Shown: in pieces, positions 59,743 through 64,000 of the stretch
How positions within the stretch are numbered: the stretch's first letter is position 1
Layout of the letters: every line of letters starts with the position of its first letter
Source of the DNA: Allosphingosinicella sp.
GTDB lineage: Bacteria; Pseudomonadota; Alphaproteobacteria; Sphingomonadales; Sphingomonadaceae
Direction: 5' to 3'
Assembly: GCA_036386495.1 (NCBI GenBank)
Contig: DASVVP010000129.1
Span: forward strand, 3,464 to 67,463
DNA: 64,000 nucleotides
Made by a program: the position numbers and the translations under genes
The notes under the pieces: model-generated
What the model was told of the DNA's origin: nothing
Database searches by the model: none
The model's input: only the letters and a program-made list of their open reading frames with translations

Positions 59743-60290
59743 GCCTCCTTCGGCCATTCCGAAGCGAGGATCGAGAACAGGACGGTGTCGCGGACGTGGC
59801 CGGTCCAGGTGATCCGGTCCTCGCGGATCACGCCCTCGCGCACGCCGCCGATCTTGCCCATCGCCGCCTGCGAGCGCCCGTTGCGGCTGTCGACTCGGAA
59901 CTCGACCCGCCGGAAGCCGCAGCCGAAGGCGCGCTCCAGCATCAGCTTCTTCACCCGCGCGTTGAGCCCGGTCCCCCGCATGCCGGGCACGTAATAGGTG
60001 TTGCCGATCTCGAGCACGCCGCGCTCGGCCTCGATCCCGACATAGCAGCTCATCCCCACCAGCCGGTCGCCGAGGAAGATCGAGAAGCAGCGCCAGTTCG
60101 GCCGCGCGCGGATGACATCGAACGACGCGTCGAAATGGTCAGGATCGTAGGAGGTGGCGTAGATTTGCCAGATGTCCCGATCCTCGGCGCACGCCGCTTT
60201 CAGCGGCGCGCGGTCCGCTTCCACCATCAGCGCGAGGCGCAGATCCCTCTCGGCCATCGGCGCGGCGAGCGCCTCATATCCCTCACTCAT
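59739..60290 (-). CDS. GNAT family acetyltransferase (RimJ/RimL-like)
   Basis: LEIGNTYY, RVEFRVDSRNGRSQ, GHVRDTVLFSI. Confidence 0.85.
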   Translation of the reverse strand: MSEGYEALAAPMAERDLRLALMVEADRAPLKAACAEDRDIWQIYATSYDPDHFDASFDVIRARPNWRCFSIFLGDRLVGMSCYVGIEAERGVLEIGNTYYVPGMRGTGLNARVKKLMLERAFGCGFRRVEFRVDSRNGRSQAAMGKIGGVREGVIREDRITWTGHVRDTVLFSILASEWPKEA

Positions 60291-61020
60291 CGGGCGGCGG
60301 ACGGCACGGAAGCGGCGGCCCGGAAATCCCGAGCACGGGGATGAACTCGTCCGCGTCGATCTCGCCCAGCGTCGGAGGAGGGCCCCCGGTCAGCGCCCGC
60401 CAGACGGTGCGCGTGGTGTCGCTGGAGGTGGGTTCGTTGCTGATTCGCGCCCGCCTGGTGAGGTAGTTGATGCTGATCGTCTCGACGCAGCCTCCCGAGG
60501 CGCCGCTGCTCTCGTAACCGATCAGGCGGAACGCACCCTTTTCCCAGCGGAAGCGGTAGCTCGCCTGGCCCCGGAGATAGCCGAACCAGACGAGCAGCGT
60601 GCCCCGCTCGACCCGGATCGTCTCCTCGTCGAGCGGATCCTCGCCGGTGAAGGGCTGGATCGGCCGCGGGAATAGCCGGTGATTGCTCGCCGCGAGCCGG
60701 TAGCCGCCGCCGCGCTCGGCCAAAGCGACGGCGAGCACATGCGGATTGGTATCGAACCGCTCGGTGCGCTCGCCCGCCGGGACGGGGAGGACGTTCGCCG
60801 GGTCGCGCATGCGCATCAGCAGCGCGAGATCGTCGCGGCCATCCGCGTTCAGGTCGCCGCTCCTGCGTGTGACGATGGCCCAACCGGCGGGGGCGAAGCC
60901 ATCGGCACCGCGCGCCGAGGCCGGCAGATTCGGATAACGCACGGGCGGAATGTCGAGCGGCTGGCCGAGCGAGGCGACCGGCACGCCCAGGAGGAGGAGG
61001 CTGAGAAGGCGCATGTCCAT
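60283..61020 (-). CDS. Secreted hypothetical protein with FG-GAP-like Ca-binding loop
   Basis: Signal peptide; GDLNADGRDDLAL; YRFRW, SINYLT. Confidence 0.65.
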   Translation of the reverse strand: MDMRLLSLLLLGVPVASLGQPLDIPPVRYPNLPASARGADGFAPAGWAIVTRRSGDLNADGRDDLALLMRMRDPANVLPVPAGERTERFDTNPHVLAVALAERGGGYRLAASNHRLFPRPIQPFTGEDPLDEETIRVERGTLLVWFGYLRGQASYRFRWEKGAFRLIGYESSGASGGCVETISINYLTRRARISNEPTSSDTTRTVWRALTGGPPPTLGEIDADEFIPVLGISGPPLPCRPPPDE

Positions 61021-61104
61021 CCCGCCAGTCTAGCGTTTCGCCTGCGGACGCCAAGCGGGCAGTCTTGGCCGCCTTTCGCCGGAATCCGTCGAAATCCGTC
61101 GCGC

Positions 61105-61503
61105 CTATTCGCCTTCGCCGAGATCGCGCGCCACCTTGGGGTCGCGGAGCAGCCGGTCGATGTGGGAGCCTTCGTCGAAGCTCTCGTCGGGGACGAATTT
61201 GAGCTTGGCGGCATATTTTGTGTTCACCCGGCTCGCGACGGCACGCTGCAGATAGGCGGTGTTGGTCCTCAGCGCCTTGAGCACCGCTTCCTCGTTGGAG
61301 CCGAGCAGGGGCTTCACGAAGACGGTGGCGTGGCGAAGGTCCGGCGACATCCTGACTTCGGTCACCGAGACGAGATGGCTGGCGAGCACCTCGTCATGGA
61401 CCTCGCCGCGCATCAAGATGTCGGACAAGGCATGGCGCACCTGCTCGCCGACGCGAAGCAGGCGGACGGAACGTCCTTCGGGGGTCTCGGTCTGGCGGGG
61501 CAT
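61105..61503 (-). CDS. rbfA: 30S ribosome-binding factor A
   Basis: [34 protein letters not shown]. Confidence 0.96.
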   Translation of the reverse strand: MPRQTETPEGRSVRLLRVGEQVRHALSDILMRGEVHDEVLASHLVSVTEVRMSPDLRHATVFVKPLLGSNEEAVLKALRTNTAYLQRAVASRVNTKYAAKLKFVPDESFDEGSHIDRLLRDPKVARDLGEGE

Positions 61504-61510
61504 GCGGAAC

Positions 61511-61858
61511 CTAGCTGCGATAATGGCTGATACGGACAAGGCGATCTCGGTCGAACCCGAATATCAGAAAATCATAATCGGCAAGGGACGCGCCCAGCTC
61601 ATATCCCAGGCAGCTGTCGAAGCCCTCCTCTCGGCACAATGCCTGCGGATCGTATTCCGACGGGCCGAAAGCTCTCAATATCTCCGCTTTGCTGGTGCCC
61701 GGACGGAATCGCCGTTCGACATCCGCTACCATCGACCGGCGGACATCCAGATGCTGGTCGGCTTCCGTCATCGCATCCGCCTTCCACGCCGCAGCGTCGA
61801 AGCTTCGGCCGCCGCAGCCAGTGAGCAGGAGCAACAAGCCAACGGAGAGGGCGCGCAT
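61511..61858 (-). CDS. Hypothetical lipoprotein (SmpA/BamE-like motif)
   Basis: Lipobox LTGC; [13 protein letters not shown]. Confidence 0.6.
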   Translation of the reverse strand: MRALSVGLLLLLTGCGGRSFDAAAWKADAMTEADQHLDVRRSMVADVERRFRPGTSKAEILRAFGPSEYDPQALCREEGFDSCLGYELGASLADYDFLIFGFDRDRLVRISHYRS

Positions 61859-62301
61859 CAGCTTTCTCCTCGCGTGCCCGATCCCTTCAAGACGGACGAT
61901 GCGGTCATCACCCGCGCAGTCGCGGTCGAGCGCGCCACCAGCAGGCCGTCCCCGTCGTAGAGCTCGCCCTCCAGGAAGGCGATGGTCCTGCCCAGGCTGA
62001 CGACGCGGCCCTTGCCGATGAAGGCGCCGGGGCGGGCCGGGCGGAGGAAGGAGACGTGGAGGTCGAGCGTCGGGGCGAAAATCTCGCCCTTGCCCATCGC
62101 GAACACGGCCGGGCCCATCGTGTCGTCGAGCATCGCGGCGACGAAGCCGCCCTGGACCGCGCCGGTCGGGTTGGTGAACGCCTCGCCGGCGGTGAAGCCG
62201 ACCTCGATCGTCCCCGCCTCGGCGTCGATCGCGAGCAGCGTCCAGCCCAGCGTCCTGGCGACCGGGGGCATCGGCAGAGTGTCGAAGATCGAGGTCGGCA
62301 T
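61858..62301 (-). CDS. PaaI family thioesterase
   Basis: NPTGAVQGGFVAAMLDDTMG hotdog motif. Confidence 0.88.
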   Translation of the reverse strand: MPTSIFDTLPMPPVARTLGWTLLAIDAEAGTIEVGFTAGEAFTNPTGAVQGGFVAAMLDDTMGPAVFAMGKGEIFAPTLDLHVSFLRPARPGAFIGKGRVVSLGRTIAFLEGELYDGDGLLVARSTATARVMTASSVLKGSGTRGES

Positions 62302-62308
62302 CGGCTCC

Positions 62309-62482
62309 CTAGCGCAGCAAATGCGGCGCGACGAAATAGAGGACGAACGCCGGGCTGGCGGCCGCGAGGGTGAGGCAGCCCAGCCCGTGGCAGCCGAGAT
62401 CGGCGAGACAGCCGGCGTTGCGCTCGTCCCGCCGCGCCTCGTCCTCCGCTTCGCCGCGGGTCTGCCGCCACCGTCCCGTCAA
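62309..62482 (-). CDS. Candidate 57-aa small protein coupled to infB
   Basis: TTG start overlapping the infB TGA; fills the gap to the PaaI gene; hydrophobic C-terminal half. Confidence 0.4.
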   Translation of the reverse strand: MTGRWRQTRGEAEDEARRDERNAGCLADLGCHGLGCLTLAAASPAFVLYFVAPHLLR

Positions 62483-63999
62483 AGCGTCCGCGCGCGCTCC
62501 TCGACCTCGAAGACCTCGAGATGGTCTCCCGGCTTGATGTCGTTGGTGTCGGCGAGGAGAACGCCGCATTCGAGGCCGGCGCGAACCTCGGCGACGTCGT
62601 CCTTGAAGCGGCGCAGCGACGAGATCGTCGTCTTGGAGACGATGACGTCCTCGCGGGTGAGCCGCGCGTGCAGCCCCTTGCGGATGACGCCCTCGAGCAC
62701 CAGCAGGCCGGCCGCCTTGTCCTTCTTGCCGGCCGGGAACACTTCCTTGACCTCGGCGCGGCCGAGCACGGTCTCGACGATCTCGGGGCCGAGCTCGCCC
62801 GCCATCGCCTGCCGCACCCAGTCGGTGAGGTGGTAGATGACGTCGTAGTAACGGAACTCGACGTTCGAGCGCTCGGCGATCTCGCGCGCCTTGGCGTTGG
62901 GGCGGACGTTGAAGCCGATGATCGGCGCGCCGCTCGCCTGGGCGAGGATGACGTCGCTCTCGGTGATCGCACCGACCCCGCTGTGGAGGATCCGTGCCTT
63001 GATGTCCTCGGTCGAGATGCGGTTGACCGCGCTGACGATCGCCTCGGCCGACCCCTGCACGTCGGCCTTGACCACAAGGGCGAACTCCTTGGTGGTGCTG
63101 GTCCGGCTCGCGAACATGTTCTCAAGGCTGACCGGCGCCGACGTCGTGCGCTTCCTGTCGAGCAGGCCCTGGCGGTAGGCGGCTACCTCGCGGGCGCGGG
63201 CCTCGTTCTCGACCACGGTCAGCGTGTCGCCCGCCGACGGCACGCCGGACAGGCCGAGCACCTCGACCGGGACCGACGGGCCGGCTTCCTTCACCTGCTT
63301 GCCCTTGTCGTCGATCATCGCCCGGACCTTGCCGGGGACGGCGCCGACCACGAAAATGTCGCCGACCTTCAAGGTGCCGCGCTGGACCAGCACCGTGGCG
63401 AGCGGGCCGCGGCCCTTGTCGAGCTTGGCCTCGACCACCGCGCCTTCGGCGGGGCGGTCGGGATTGGACTTCAGCTCCAGGATCTCGGCCTGAAGCGCGA
63501 TCGCCTCGAGCAGCCCGTCGAGATTGGTCTTCTTCAGCGCCGAGACCTGGACGTCCTGGACGTCGCCGCCCAGATCCTCGACCACGATCTCGTGCTGGAG
63601 CAGCTCCTCGCGCACCTTCTGCGCATTGGCGCCCGGCTTGTCGATCTTGTTGATCGCGACGATCATCGGCACGCCGGCCGCCTTGGTATGGTTGATCGCC
63701 TCGACCGTCTGCGGCTTGAGCCCGTCGTCGGCCGCCACCACCAGGATGACGATGTCGGTAACGTCGGCGCCGCGGGCGCGCATCTCGGTGAAGGCCTCGT
63801 GGCCCGGCGTGTCGAGGAAGGTGATCTTCGACTTGTCGGGCAGGCTCACCTGATAGGCGCCGATATGCTGGGTGATCCCACCGGCCTCGCCGGAGACGAC
63901 GTTGGCGCCGCGGATGGCATCGAGCAGCGACGTCTTGCCGTGGTCGACATGGCCCATGATCGTCACCACCGGCGGCCGCGGCTGCAGGCTCTCGGGCGG
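62479..63999 (-). CDS. infB: Translation initiation factor IF-2 (5' end outside window)
   Basis: [29 protein letters not shown]. Confidence 0.98.
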   Translation of the reverse strand, partial: PPESLQPRPPVVTIMGHVDHGKTSLLDAIRGANVVSGEAGGITQHIGAYQVSLPDKSKITFLDTPGHEAFTEMRARGADVTDIVILVVAADDGLKPQTVEAINHTKAAGVPMIVAINKIDKPGANAQKVREELLQHEIVVEDLGGDVQDVQVSALKKTNLDGLLEAIALQAEILELKSNPDRPAEGAVVEAKLDKGRGPLATVLVQRGTLKVGDIFVVGAVPGKVRAMIDDKGKQVKEAGPSVPVEVLGLSGVPSAGDTLTVVENEARAREVAAYRQGLLDRKRTTSAPVSLENMFASRTSTTKEFALVVKADVQGSAEAIVSAVNRISTEDIKARILHSGVGAITESDVILAQASGAPIIGFNVRPNAKAREIAERSNVEFRYYDVIYHLTDWVRQAMAGELGPEIVETVLGRAEVKEVFPAGKKDKAAGLLVLEGVIRKGLHARLTREDVIVSKTTISSLRRFKDDVAEVRAGLECGVLLADTNDIKPGDHLEVFEVEERARTL

Positions 64000-64000
64000 A

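Noticed and set aside
61083-61101. Tandem AATCCGTCG duplication downstream of rbfA
   Set aside because: Only two short units with no other support.

Overview
A high-GC alphaproteobacterial chromosome segment; gene order and protein sequences fit Sphingomonadaceae (inference). It spans the replication origin. Genes from mmcB to the PPDK-regulator/DUF299 gene run leftward, and hemE-hemJ-rho and mnmE-mnmG-rsmG-parA-parB run rightward, diverging at an oriC-like intergenic region (34086-34396) with degenerate DnaA boxes, GANTC sites and an AT-rich tract. Two parS sites lie at 40537 and 42467. Most genes are core housekeeping (mutS, glnD, infC, thrS, pyrD, PBP1A, dnaQ, coaE, aroE, holA, lptE, leuS, ribA, xth, lolA, ftsK, rbfA, infB). 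I saw no prophage, transposase, CRISPR array, rRNA or tRNA. The most notable non-core signals are: (1) a two-gene cassette inserted between ftsK and lolA, encoding a small DUF5678-like protein and a retropepsin-type aspartic protease split by three frameshifts; (2) a candidate structured sRNA with a C-rich loop between lolA and xth; (3) five families of palindromic REP/MITE-like elements, one supplying the stop codons of both flanking genes and one with covarying GNA-triloop hairpins; (4) non-canonical starts (ATA for infC, CTG for a HAD hydrolase); (5) a symmetric bidirectional leaderless promoter; (6) LexA- and CtrA-like sites.
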